The notes below the pieces were generated by a model. The model saw nothing but the letters and a program-made list of their open reading frames with translations, was not told the origin of the DNA and searched no databases. 64,000 nucleotides of DNA from an uncultured virus (IMG/VR IMGVR_UViG_3300008267_005860) (Duplodnaviria > Heunggongvirae > Uroviricota > Caudoviricetes): IMG/VR virus record IMGVR_UViG_3300008267_005860, one strand, 5' to 3'. The position numbers were made by a program, and so were the translations under genes. Positions 18,967 to 27,599 of the stretch are shown one piece after another (position 1 is the stretch's first letter; the number at the start of each line of letters is the position of its first letter).

Positions 18967-19172
18967 TGCAATCTTTTCGTACATGGCTTCGAGAACTTTG
19001 GCTGGAAAATTGTAACGAGCACGACATTTATAACGAGCCCAGATACACCATGGGCGAATATTTTGCCAGATATAAATGGTGGCTTAAACGAGAATATAAG
19101 CATCAAAAAAATGTAGAGAAAAAAACAAGGAGTGATTATGAAAGAGGAATTAATTGGGAAGGCGGGATTTAG
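18966..19172 (+). CDS. Hypothetical protein
   Basis: TAATG stop/start overlap. Confidence 0.65.
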   Translation: MQSFRTWLRELWLENCNEHDIYNEPRYTMGEYFARYKWWLKREYKHQKNVEKKTRSDYERGINWEGGI

Positions 19173-19410
19173 CAGTACCTATGAAAGAGACCGTTTGAAC
19201 AAACTAATTGATTTAGTAGTAGAAGAATGTTTAGACGCAGTGAGTAATACTCCTGCGCATTGTGCCTTTACCACTTACGATCTAGGCACAGTAGAGTGTA
19301 CAATACAGAAAAGTTTAGATACAATAACTGAAAAATTTAACTTAAAACAGAGGCAAAGGACTTCAAATGAAAGAACTATGGGTGGAAAAGTATCGGCCAA
19401 AGACCGTTGA
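19138..19410 (+). CDS. Hypothetical protein
   Basis: AAGGAG RBS before ATG 19138. Confidence 0.6.
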   Translation: MKEELIGKAGFSSTYERDRLNKLIDLVVEECLDAVSNTPAHCAFTTYDLGTVECTIQKSLDTITEKFNLKQRQRTSNERTMGGKVSAKDR

Positions 19411-20290
19411 TGGTTATGTATGGCGTGATGAATTTCAAAAGAAAACAGTACTGTCTTGGATCAAAGATAAAAGCATACCGCATTTACTGTTAAGTGGTAG
19501 TCCAGGCATTGGTAAAACTACTATGGCTAAAATGGTTCTCCACGAAATGGAGATACCAGAATATGACATTTTAGAAATTAACGCTAGTCGTGAACGTGGT
19601 ATTGGTGAAGTACGACATCGAATTACAAACTTTATTCAGATGATGCCTTTTGGTCCATTTAAAGTAGTGTTGTTAGACGAAGCTGACGAACTTACTCCAG
19701 ATGCCCAGGCAGCAATGCGTGGAGTAATGGAAGAGTACGCTAGCACCAGCAGATTTATTTTAACCTGTAATCATCAAAATAAAATTATACCAGCTATTCA
19801 TAGTCGTTGCCAGCAGTTCCACTTTGAGAAAATTGACGCTACTGAATTTACAGCTCGTGTAGCTACTATCCTAGTTGAAGAAGGTGTAGAGTTTGATTTA
19901 GATACACTAGATACTTTTGTTAAAGTAACCTACCCAGATCTACGCAAATGTATCAATCTTGTACAGCAAAACACCCAAGAAGATAAACTGATAAAACCTA
20001 ATACCAATGATATTGGCACATTAGATTATCGTATTGAAATGGTTGAGTTGTTTAAGAAAGGTAAGATAAACGAAGCTAGAAAACTGCTGTGCGGTAAGGC
20101 TAGACCAGAAGAGATGGACGATATCTATCGTTGGATGTATGATAATATTGAATTGTTTGGCAAAGATGAACAAACACAAGACTCTGCTATCCTTACTATC
20201 AAACAAGGATTAGTTGATCATACACTGGTTATTGATCCTGAAATCAATTTGGCTGCTACACTTATTAGACTTGCGAGACTATCACAATGA
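19367..20290 (+). CDS. Clamp loader subunit (RFC small subunit/T4 gp44-like)
   Basis: [28 protein letters not shown] motifs. Confidence 0.93.
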   Translation: MKELWVEKYRPKTVDGYVWRDEFQKKTVLSWIKDKSIPHLLLSGSPGIGKTTMAKMVLHEMEIPEYDILEINASRERGIGEVRHRITNFIQMMPFGPFKVVLLDEADELTPDAQAAMRGVMEEYASTSRFILTCNHQNKIIPAIHSRCQQFHFEKIDATEFTARVATILVEEGVEFDLDTLDTFVKVTYPDLRKCINLVQQNTQEDKLIKPNTNDIGTLDYRIEMVELFKKGKINEARKLLCGKARPEEMDDIYRWMYDNIELFGKDEQTQDSAILTIKQGLVDHTLVIDPEINLAATLIRLARLSQ

Positions 20291-20610
20291 CACATTTAGT
20301 AACTGAAAATTGCATTAAGTGTAAACACACTGACTGTGTTGAAGTGTGCCCCGTTGACTGTTTTAAAGAAGGGCCAAACTTTCTTGTTATTGATCCCGAC
20401 GAATGTATTGACTGTGGTGTTTGTATTCCAGAATGCCCTATTGATGCTATTGTTCAAGACAATGATGTTACTGTTGACGTTGTATTTTGGAATGAACTTA
20501 ACACTAGGTTAAGCAAACAGTGGCCTTCAATTACTAAAAGAAAAGATGCGCTGCCTGATGCTGCCGAGTGGAAAGACAAGCCTAATAAGATCGATCTCCT
20601 AGAAGAATGA
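20287..20610 (+). CDS. fdxA: 7Fe (3Fe-4S/4Fe-4S) ferredoxin, FdxA type
   Basis: [18 protein letters not shown] and [12 protein letters not shown] motifs of the Azotobacter FdI family. Confidence 0.92.
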   Translation: MTHLVTENCIKCKHTDCVEVCPVDCFKEGPNFLVIDPDECIDCGVCIPECPIDAIVQDNDVTVDVVFWNELNTRLSKQWPSITKRKDALPDAAEWKDKPNKIDLLEE

Positions 20611-21113
20611 AACAAAAGTATATAGACCTATACATGGACTGGGCAAAACGTGCATCAGAGTTAAGTCATGCACGTCGTCTACATGTTGGTGCCGTGATTG
20701 TTAAAGACGATACAGTTATCAGCTACGGCTATAACGGTATGCCTGCAGGCTGGGACAATAACTGTGAAGATATTAAATGGGATTCAGGTGCAGGTGGTTG
20801 GCTGAGTCCTGAAGAGATTGTGGAACAGTATCCTTACGAAGGCTGGCACGAAGGTGCTCAACGAAATGTTCGTTACGGCTTAAAAACTAAACCAGAGGTA
20901 CTACATGCGGAAACTAATGCAATCGCTAAACTTGCACGATCGAGTAACAGTGGCTTGGATGCTGATATTTTTATTACTCACGCTCCTTGCCTAGACTGTG
21001 CCAAACTGATTTATCAGTCAGGTATTCGCCGTGTTTATTTTAATCAAAACTATAGAGATGACGCAGGCATCAAATTCCTCGAAGCATCAGGAATTGAAAT
21101 AACGCAAACATAA
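20607..21113 (+). CDS. dCMP deaminase
   Basis: GYNG, HAETNA and PCLDC zinc-deaminase motifs. Confidence 0.92.
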   Translation: MKQKYIDLYMDWAKRASELSHARRLHVGAVIVKDDTVISYGYNGMPAGWDNNCEDIKWDSGAGGWLSPEEIVEQYPYEGWHEGAQRNVRYGLKTKPEVLHAETNAIAKLARSSNSGLDADIFITHAPCLDCAKLIYQSGIRRVYFNQNYRDDAGIKFLEASGIEITQT

Positions 21114-21137
21114 AAGGGCTCCGAAGAGCCCTTTTTT
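21112..21137. terminator. Bidirectional intrinsic terminator between convergent genes
   Basis: AAAAGGGCTC-CGAA-GAGCCCTTTTTT; the loop reads cUUCGg on the minus strand. Confidence 0.9.
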
Positions 21138-21861
21138 ATTCGTCACCGTATAAGTTTAGAACTTCTGCGACTGCTCGGTGTCTTTCGATATCTCGTTGAT
21201 CAAAGCGCACAACATCAATGTGTTGGGTTTTGCGTCCTTCAATCTTTCCGATAAAATCGATAAGTCCATTATCTTTTAATCTATCTGCTTGGGCTAAATC
21301 TCCTGTAACGACCATGGTGCTGTTTTCACCTAGTCTAGTTAGTAACATTTTCATTTGATTTTGCGTGGCATTTTGCATTTCGTCTGCTATGATATAAGCA
21401 TTCTTAAATGTGCGTCCACGCATATAAGCAAGTGGGCTGATTTCAATTGTGCCATCTTCAAGCATGGCGGCTATCTCTTTAGTCTGATAGTATTCTCCTA
21501 AAACATCAAAAATAGGTCTTGTCCACGGAGCCATCTTTTCATTAAGCGTACCTGGTAAGAACCCAATATCTTCATCTACGGAAACGGCGGGTCTTGTTAC
21601 TATGATTTTATCAATTACACCTTCTTGCAATAACTTAATCCCGTTTAAGACTGCCAACAGAGTTTTACCCGTGCCTGCTGGGCCGATAGCAAACACGATG
21701 TTCTTATGATCATCTTGTAGCTTCTGTAGGTATGTTTCTTGGTTCTTATTGCGAGGTAGTAGTGCAACTCTACGCTTCTTTTGAGGCACAGTTTGGTGCG
21801 ATTGGAAGTCAATCACATTAACATTTGAAGTAAAACGTTTTTTTACGCGGTTTTTACTCAT
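21136..21861 (-). CDS. phoH: PhoH-like ATPase
   Basis: GPAGTGKT, TRPAV, GFLPG, YMRGRTF, DEMQN, GDLAQ. Confidence 0.95.
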   Translation of the reverse strand: MSKNRVKKRFTSNVNVIDFQSHQTVPQKKRRVALLPRNKNQETYLQKLQDDHKNIVFAIGPAGTGKTLLAVLNGIKLLQEGVIDKIIVTRPAVSVDEDIGFLPGTLNEKMAPWTRPIFDVLGEYYQTKEIAAMLEDGTIEISPLAYMRGRTFKNAYIIADEMQNATQNQMKMLLTRLGENSTMVVTGDLAQADRLKDNGLIDFIGKIEGRKTQHIDVVRFDQRDIERHRAVAEVLNLYGDE

Positions 21862-21939
21862 TCAGTTCTCCCACTTTTTAAAAGTTAAAAGCAGGACTTG
21901 TAGCGACCGCCCTTGATAACTACAGAGGTCCTACATTTT

Positions 21940-21998
21940 TATTTAACAAATAAACCCAAAAGTAATATGATAAGATATGATTTAAAGCCAGCTAAATA
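21940..21998. promoter_or_regulatory. Divergent late-like promoter pair
   Basis: GTTAAATA on the minus strand (21940-21947) towards phoH; GCTAAATA on the plus strand (21991-21998) towards ORF 22024. Confidence 0.5.
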
Positions 21999-22023
21999 AG
22001 TATAGAAATTTCTAGGACTGAAA

Positions 22024-22605
22024 ATGAGAGATATTTTAGATGTTATTAAAAATGTAGAATCAATCTACAGTGCCAATTCTAGTTTAAGCACACTTAAAGA
22101 CTTTGAACGTGTGCTAGACGAAATGGATATGTACGTATATAAAAATTGGCTAGACGGTGAGCTTGCCGAAGGTCCTATTGTAGAACGTCATTGGATCAAA
22201 GCCAGCTTTATGTGGCCTATGGAAAAAATGCCCGATCCTATGGCTGCAAAGCGCCTGCTAGACTACGGGTGTAAAGTACGTTACGAGCGCACACACCTGT
22301 TAGAGCCACGTGAAGTAAAGACACACGAAGATCTACGTCCAGGTACTCAAAAGGGCAAACTAGATCGCAATCCTGTGTGGGTAGTAGAAATTACGATGCC
22401 GCGCAAACTTGTTTCAGATATCTTTGAAGGTCACATGACAAAAATGAGAGAAAGCATTGGTATCGGTAGCACTGAAGGGAAACAGGCTGCACCAGCTGAA
22501 CAAGCTGACGAAATGACAGCACAGTCCGGAATGGGTGCTGCTGTAGCAGGCGGGGCCCCGGCAGGTGGAATGCCTGCGGCTCCAGTACCGGGTGCAGGAG
22601 TTTAA
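22024..22605 (+). CDS. Hypothetical phage protein
   Basis: AGGA RBS; globular N-terminus with Ala/Gly/Pro tail. Confidence 0.75.
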   Translation: MRDILDVIKNVESIYSANSSLSTLKDFERVLDEMDMYVYKNWLDGELAEGPIVERHWIKASFMWPMEKMPDPMAAKRLLDYGCKVRYERTHLLEPREVKTHEDLRPGTQKGKLDRNPVWVVEITMPRKLVSDIFEGHMTKMRESIGIGSTEGKQAAPAEQADEMTAQSGMGAAVAGGAPAGGMPAAPVPGAGV

Positions 22606-22606
22606 T

Positions 22607-23320
22607 ATGAGTTTAAAAGAAAACGATTTGCGCGATCTAATTGAAAACATATTTGAGATCGATAGCTATGCTTCAAAAATGGGCAATGACAAAGACATTG
22701 TAGTGTTAAGTTTTACCGTTGAAGATAAAGAGCCAGCAGAAGACCTTGTGAATTTTGTTGAACGCGGCTATGATTTTGTATTAGATGCTGACGCAAGTCC
22801 AGGCGAACTCAATGATGGCAAGTATAAAGTGTTTGTTGAATTAGAAAGAAATAAAAGAGTTGCCGAACAAATTCAAGAAATTATGTACGGTGTTACTAAC
22901 TTAACTGGCAATAAAGATTTTAAATTTAGATATTATAAAAGTTTTAACTCGTTATCATTAGACAATCTCAACGAAATGATTCCAACTAGTCCCAACGACT
23001 ACGAAATAAAAATCAAAGAAAATACTTTGAATAATTTCAGTAACTTCTTTAACAAAAGCTATCTTGAAAGCATAAGTGTAGACAATGACGATCTAGTATT
23101 TCAAAAGAAATATGCAGAACCCTTACGTATGCGTATTAAAGGCGCTGGGCCTAGAGCTGAAGTCTATGAAAGTCTTCCAGGTAGAATAATGATTGAAAGC
23201 AAAGACATAGCTGAGACTCTTTATCTAACCAAGTATATTGGAAGCTATAACATAACTAAAATTAACCAAACATTTGTATTTGAAAATGGGAACTTTGCAG
23301 TAGCACTGGAGAAATTATAA
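22607..23320 (+). CDS. Hypothetical phage protein
   Basis: AGGAG RBS before ATG 22607; the track start upstream overlaps the previous gene. Confidence 0.75.
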   Translation: MSLKENDLRDLIENIFEIDSYASKMGNDKDIVVLSFTVEDKEPAEDLVNFVERGYDFVLDADASPGELNDGKYKVFVELERNKRVAEQIQEIMYGVTNLTGNKDFKFRYYKSFNSLSLDNLNEMIPTSPNDYEIKIKENTLNNFSNFFNKSYLESISVDNDDLVFQKKYAEPLRMRIKGAGPRAEVYESLPGRIMIESKDIAETLYLTKYIGSYNITKINQTFVFENGNFAVALEKL

Positions 23321-23865
23321 TGTGGCAACTAACTTGGATGTTGAGCCTTCTACCTGATTGGTTTTGGTCTCTTGTTTTAATTGCAGGCGTCATTGGTTTA
23401 ATTGCATCTTGGATTCTTAAAAAGATTCCGTTTATTTCAAACAATGCATTACCTATTAAAGTAATTTCTATAATACTTTTACTAGTAGGTGTATACTTCC
23501 AAGGCGTAATTGCCAATGAAGAAAAATGGCAGGCTAGGGTAAAAGAATTAGAAGAAAAAGTTCGAGTAGCTGAAGATAAATCTAAAGAGACTAATGTAAA
23601 GATTGAAGAAAAAATTGTTTACAAAGATCGAATAGTTAAAGAAAAAGCACAGGCACAGATACAATACATCGACAGGCTAGTAAAAGGCGATACTATAGAG
23701 ATCACTAAAGATATGAGTCAAGCTGAACGTGATAAATTTGCAGCTAGACAAAAAGAACTTGAGCACGCTCTTAAAAGCTGTCCTGTTCCTCAAATTATAG
23801 TTGATGAACACAATAAGGCTGCAATTAAAGAGTTAAATCAAATTGTAAAGGATAACAAGAAATGA
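23320..23865 (+). CDS. Putative inner-membrane spanin (Rz-like)
   Basis: N-terminal TM helices then coiled coil; adjacent to a lipoprotein and endolysin. Confidence 0.65.
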   Translation: MWQLTWMLSLLPDWFWSLVLIAGVIGLIASWILKKIPFISNNALPIKVISIILLLVGVYFQGVIANEEKWQARVKELEEKVRVAEDKSKETNVKIEEKIVYKDRIVKEKAQAQIQYIDRLVKGDTIEITKDMSQAERDKFAARQKELEHALKSCPVPQIIVDEHNKAAIKELNQIVKDNKK

Positions 23866-24128
23866 AACATCTTGCAGTAATCTTTGCAATATTTTTAGCA
23901 GGATGCTCTACAGTAACTCCTGTTAAAAGAAACTTTCCGGAAGTTCCTAAAACTTTTATGGAACAATGCCCGGAACTGCAACAAATAGTCGGTGATAAGG
24001 TAGCGATTACCGACTTGTTAAAAGTAGTAGTTAACAACTATACACTTTATTATCAATGTTCAAATAAAGTTGATGGTTGGAAAGAATGGTACGACGAACA
24101 GAAAAAGGTGTTCGATTCAGTTAAATAA
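23862..24128 (+). CDS. Putative outer-membrane spanin lipoprotein (Rz1-like)
   Basis: Signal peptide with LAGC lipobox, Pro-containing segment, two further Cys. Confidence 0.75.
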   Translation: MKHLAVIFAIFLAGCSTVTPVKRNFPEVPKTFMEQCPELQQIVGDKVAITDLLKVVVNNYTLYYQCSNKVDGWKEWYDEQKKVFDSVK

Positions 24129-24153
24129 CTATACATTATAATTAGGAGCGACA

Positions 24154-24786
24154 ATGAGTTTTATATTAAGTCAGGAACAGCTAGCACAGCTTATTCCGGG
24201 TAATCCCTACGTGGATCATTGGTACGAAGCATTGGCAATTTGTTTGCCAGACTATGACATTAATACACCACGAAGAGTAGCAGCGTTTGTAGCACAATGC
24301 GCCCACGAAAGCGGGGGCTTTAGAATGCTAAAGGAAAATTTAAATTACAAGGCAGCAACTCTACGTAAAATTTTTCCTAAATACTTCCCAACAGATGCAA
24401 TGGCTGCACAATTTGCAGCATTGCCAAACAAGCAAGAAGCCATTGCCAACAGAGTCTACGGAGGACGTATGGGCAATGGGCCAGAAGAAACGGGAGACGG
24501 TTTCCGTTATCTAGGTCGCGGGCTTATTCAACTTACTGGTAAAAATAACTATCAAGCGTTTGCTGACAGTATTGAGACCCCCGTTGAAGAAATACCAGAA
24601 TATCTAGCAACGTTTGAAGGTGCTGTACAATCAGCTTGCTGGTTCTGGGAAACAAATAAACTTAATCAATGGGCAGATAAAGACGACATTCTTACATTGA
24701 CTAAACGCATTAACGGTGGTACTATTGGTTTGGACGATCGTATCAAACACTATAATCACGCCCTGCATGTTTTAGGAGCACACTAA
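24154..24786 (+). CDS. Glycoside hydrolase family 19 endolysin
   Basis: AQCAHESGGF...ENLNY, GRGLIQLTGKNNY, TKRINGG; preceded by GTTAAATA (24120-24127). Confidence 0.92.
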   Translation: MSFILSQEQLAQLIPGNPYVDHWYEALAICLPDYDINTPRRVAAFVAQCAHESGGFRMLKENLNYKAATLRKIFPKYFPTDAMAAQFAALPNKQEAIANRVYGGRMGNGPEETGDGFRYLGRGLIQLTGKNNYQAFADSIETPVEEIPEYLATFEGAVQSACWFWETNKLNQWADKDDILTLTKRINGGTIGLDDRIKHYNHALHVLGAH

Positions 24787-25304
24787 TGAGCGAAGTTAAA
24801 CCATTATCACGATCAGAGCGTGAAGCAAAGATCAAAGACAAAGCAGGATTTGTCATTGTATTTTTAGCTGCTATTTTAGCGATCAGCACAATGATTGGCG
24901 GACAGAATAGCAGTAAAATTATGAATAACACTATTGCCGCTAACAATCAATGGGCATGGTATCAGGCAAAGAATGTACGTCAGGTGTTGTATGAAACTGC
25001 TGCGGTTGAATCAAAAATTCCTGCTAACAGAGAAAAGTTTCTAGCAGAAGCTGCTCGTATGGAGGCAGACAAAAAAGAAATTATGCAGAAGGCTAAAGCA
25101 TTAGAAACTGAAAGAGAGCAGGCTAGACAAAAATCTCCTTGGTTTACGTGGGGTGGTAGTGTTCTACAGATTGCCATTGTTCTACTTACAGCCAGTATTC
25201 TTGCTGTGAGTATGCCAATGTTTTGGATAAGTCTAGTTGTAGGAACAGCTGGTAGTTTGTTTGTAAGTCAAGCACTATGGCTTTGGCTTCCATTTAGTTT
25301 ATAA
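24786..25304 (+). CDS. DUF4337-like membrane protein
   Basis: TM helix, NQWAWYQAKN motif, coiled coil, two C-terminal TM helices with LQIAIVL. Confidence 0.65.
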   Translation: MSEVKPLSRSEREAKIKDKAGFVIVFLAAILAISTMIGGQNSSKIMNNTIAANNQWAWYQAKNVRQVLYETAAVESKIPANREKFLAEAARMEADKKEIMQKAKALETEREQARQKSPWFTWGGSVLQIAIVLLTASILAVSMPMFWISLVVGTAGSLFVSQALWLWLPFSL

Positions 25305-25314
25305 GAGGTGAGCG

Positions 25315-25911
25315 ATGAGCGATAAAGAATATGAAAAAATGAGTGCTTCTGAAAAGAAGAAAGAAGATTGGATGAACAGTAAATGGCGTCCTATGATGGG
25401 ATGGTCATACATGTTGACCTGCATTGCAGACTTTGTTATTTTTCCAGTACTATGGTCAATTTTACAAAGTGTAAGTAAGGGACAGGTAAACGTACAATGG
25501 CAACCTATTACCCTACAAGGTGCTGGATTATATCACATTGCCATGGGTGCTGTTCTAGGTATTGCGGCCTACGGTCGTACACAGGAAAAACTAGGAGGAG
25601 CAAATAATGGCGGAGTCCAATTACCATCGAATGTCGGAACAACATATCAACCACCTGCGCCAGTCGGACAGTCCGCAGCCGGTGGATTTGGTTCACCAGC
25701 ACCAGTTACAAATTCCTGGGGATCCCAACCCCTGGGTGGTACAGGCGGCTTTGGAGGCGCACCTACATCAGCGTCATCAGGCGGCTTTGGTGGCGGTTCA
25801 GGATTTGGAGCGCCAGCGGCTAGCGGGTTCGGAGCAGCACCAGCAGCCGGAGTAACTACAGGATGGGGAGGAAAGAAAGCACCTCCACCACAATATGATC
25901 CAGAAATTTAA
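25315..25911 (+). CDS. Putative holin (3TM/GTA-holin-like) with Gly-rich tail
   Basis: WRPMMGW...GAVLGIAAYGRTQEK pattern; lysis cassette context. Confidence 0.65.
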   Translation: MSDKEYEKMSASEKKKEDWMNSKWRPMMGWSYMLTCIADFVIFPVLWSILQSVSKGQVNVQWQPITLQGAGLYHIAMGAVLGIAAYGRTQEKLGGANNGGVQLPSNVGTTYQPPAPVGQSAAGGFGSPAPVTNSWGSQPLGGTGGFGGAPTSASSGGFGGGSGFGAPAASGFGAAPAAGVTTGWGGKKAPPPQYDPEI

Positions 25912-25921
25912 GGAGTAGATT

Positions 25922-26152
25922 ATGAAATTTATTTTAGCATTAGTAACAAGTCTAGCATTAATTGGCGGTGCTTATGCCGCCGATGACAAAGAAGGTCCAG
26001 GAAAAGGCGAAATGAAGACTGTTTGTCATCCAAAGAAAGACAAAGACGGAAAAGAAGTCAAAGGCAAGGACGGCAAGGTTGTTGAAGAATGTAAACAGGT
26101 CAAAGTGCGTAAAAAGCTCGAAGGAACTGAAATTCCACCAGCAAAAAAGTAA
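25922..26152 (+). CDS. Small secreted Lys-rich protein
   Basis: Signal peptide ending AYA; two Cys; AAGGAG RBS. Confidence 0.7.
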   Translation: MKFILALVTSLALIGGAYAADDKEGPGKGEMKTVCHPKKDKDGKEVKGKDGKVVEECKQVKVRKKLEGTEIPPAKK

Positions 26153-26169
26153 AATATTTTTGACTTCAA

Positions 26170-26197
26170 ACAAAAGGCATAGAGATATGCCTTTTGT
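26170..26197 (+). terminator. Intrinsic terminator after the lysis cassette
   Basis: ACAAAAGGCATA-GAGA-TATGCCTTTTGT, GNRA loop. Confidence 0.8.
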
Positions 26198-26207
26198 CAT
26201 TTGTATG

Positions 26208-26236
26208 TTGACATTGTCAGTTTTTTAATATATAAT
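26208..26236 (+). promoter_or_regulatory. Consensus sigma70 promoter TTGACA-N17-TATAAT
   Basis: -35 at 26208-26213, -10 at 26231-26236. Confidence 0.88.
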
Positions 26237-26242
26237 AGTGCT

Positions 26243-27094
26243 ATGGATTACTATAAAATTTTAGAAGTTAACGAAAACGCATCTTTGGATGAAATAAAGC
26301 GATCTTACAGGAAGCTTGCAGCCAAACATCATCCCGATAAAGGTGGTGATACGAAAAAGTTCCAAGAAATATCACAGGCCTACGATACGTTAAGCGACCC
26401 TGATAAAAAATCTATCTACGATGCAGAAAAGAACGGACAGGGGTTTGGACATGCTGGCGCAGGGCCGGGATGGTTTGATGTTGGTGCTATGTTTGGGCAG
26501 GGATTTGGAAGAGGACATCCTTTTGAAGAAATCTTTAGGCAAGGTCAGCGTCGAGCTAAAAATCGTGATTTAAATATCAACATACGAATTGCCTTTGATA
26601 AAAGTTATACCGGCACAGAGTTAGAAGCCAATTACAAATTGCCATCCGGTAAAAATCAAAATGTACTGATTAAAGTACCGCCGGGTATACAAAGTGGTCA
26701 GACTATTCGATACACTGGCATGGGTGACGATAGCATACTCCAGTTGCCCCGTGGTGATTTACTAGTCACTGTGGTTGTTGAACCAAGTCAAATATACGAA
26801 CGATTAGGCGATCACCTTATTGCCTATGTTGCAGTTGATCCATTTGAAGCCATGCTAGGATGTACTAAACTAGTAGAAGTTCCGGGTGGTAAAAATATAA
26901 GATTTAACCTGCCCCCGGGTGTTGATCCGCACAGCGATTTTGCATCTGCAGGGTTAGGTTTCAAAAACATAAACAGTAACTTTCACGGAGACCTTATTAT
27001 TAAAATTAAAATGCAAATCCCGGCAGTAAAAGATCCGGACCTTAAAGATAAGCTAGAAAAATTATATGCTGAAATTAGTCTCACATCCAAATGA
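26243..27094 (+). CDS. dnaJ: DnaJ/CbpA-like co-chaperone lacking the zinc finger
   Basis: MDYYKILEV J-domain with HPD, G/F linker and DnaJ C-terminal domain; start moved to ATG 26243. Confidence 0.9.
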   Translation: MDYYKILEVNENASLDEIKRSYRKLAAKHHPDKGGDTKKFQEISQAYDTLSDPDKKSIYDAEKNGQGFGHAGAGPGWFDVGAMFGQGFGRGHPFEEIFRQGQRRAKNRDLNINIRIAFDKSYTGTELEANYKLPSGKNQNVLIKVPPGIQSGQTIRYTGMGDDSILQLPRGDLLVTVVVEPSQIYERLGDHLIAYVAVDPFEAMLGCTKLVEVPGGKNIRFNLPPGVDPHSDFASAGLGFKNINSNFHGDLIIKIKMQIPAVKDPDLKDKLEKLYAEISLTSK

Positions 27095-27599
27095 TATATT
27101 AAACAGAACTATGCCGGAATTTGATTTTGATAATCCGGTAATGGATCCTAAAGACCTAGAAGAAGAAATGGTCAAACTTATGTATGCTGAAAACGGTATT
27201 GGGCTTGCCGCACCACAATGCGGAATAGAAGCTCGAGTGTTTACAATGTACACAAGAAATCTGCAGGGCGTAACAGAACCCTTTGCAGTATTCAATCCTA
27301 AAGTTATTGCTACCAGCGATGACGAAACTCAAGACTACGAAGGCTGTCTGAGTTTTCCAAATCTGCTGTTAGCAGTAAGACGTCCAGAAAACATTGTAGT
27401 CGAATTTTTTGACAGAGATAAAAATCCTGTTATAATAAGACTTGACGGCATCGATGCAAGATGCTTTTTACACGAATTAGATCATTTGAATGGCGTATGC
27501 TTTATTTCTAAAGTAAGCAAATTTAAATTAGATTTAGCTATTAAAAAACAAAGGAAACGTAATGGTAGAACCCAGCAGCGAGCTTCAGCTAGTATTTGA
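27066..27599 (+). CDS. def: Peptide deformylase
   Basis: GIGLAAPQ, EGCLS, HELDH. Confidence 0.95.
   Translation: MLKLVSHPNDILNRTMPEFDFDNPVMDPKDLEEEMVKLMYAENGIGLAAPQCGIEARVFTMYTRNLQGVTEPFAVFNPKVIATSDDETQDYEGCLSFPNLLLAVRRPENIVVEFFDRDKNPVIIRLDGIDARCFLHELDHLNGVCFISKVSKFKLDLAIKKQRKRNGRTQQRASASI

Noticed and set aside
18201..26242. Track start sites at 18201, 22565 and 26201
   Set aside because: They overlap upstream genes or promoters; ATGs at 18306, 22607 and 26243 fit coupling, RBS or domain boundaries better.
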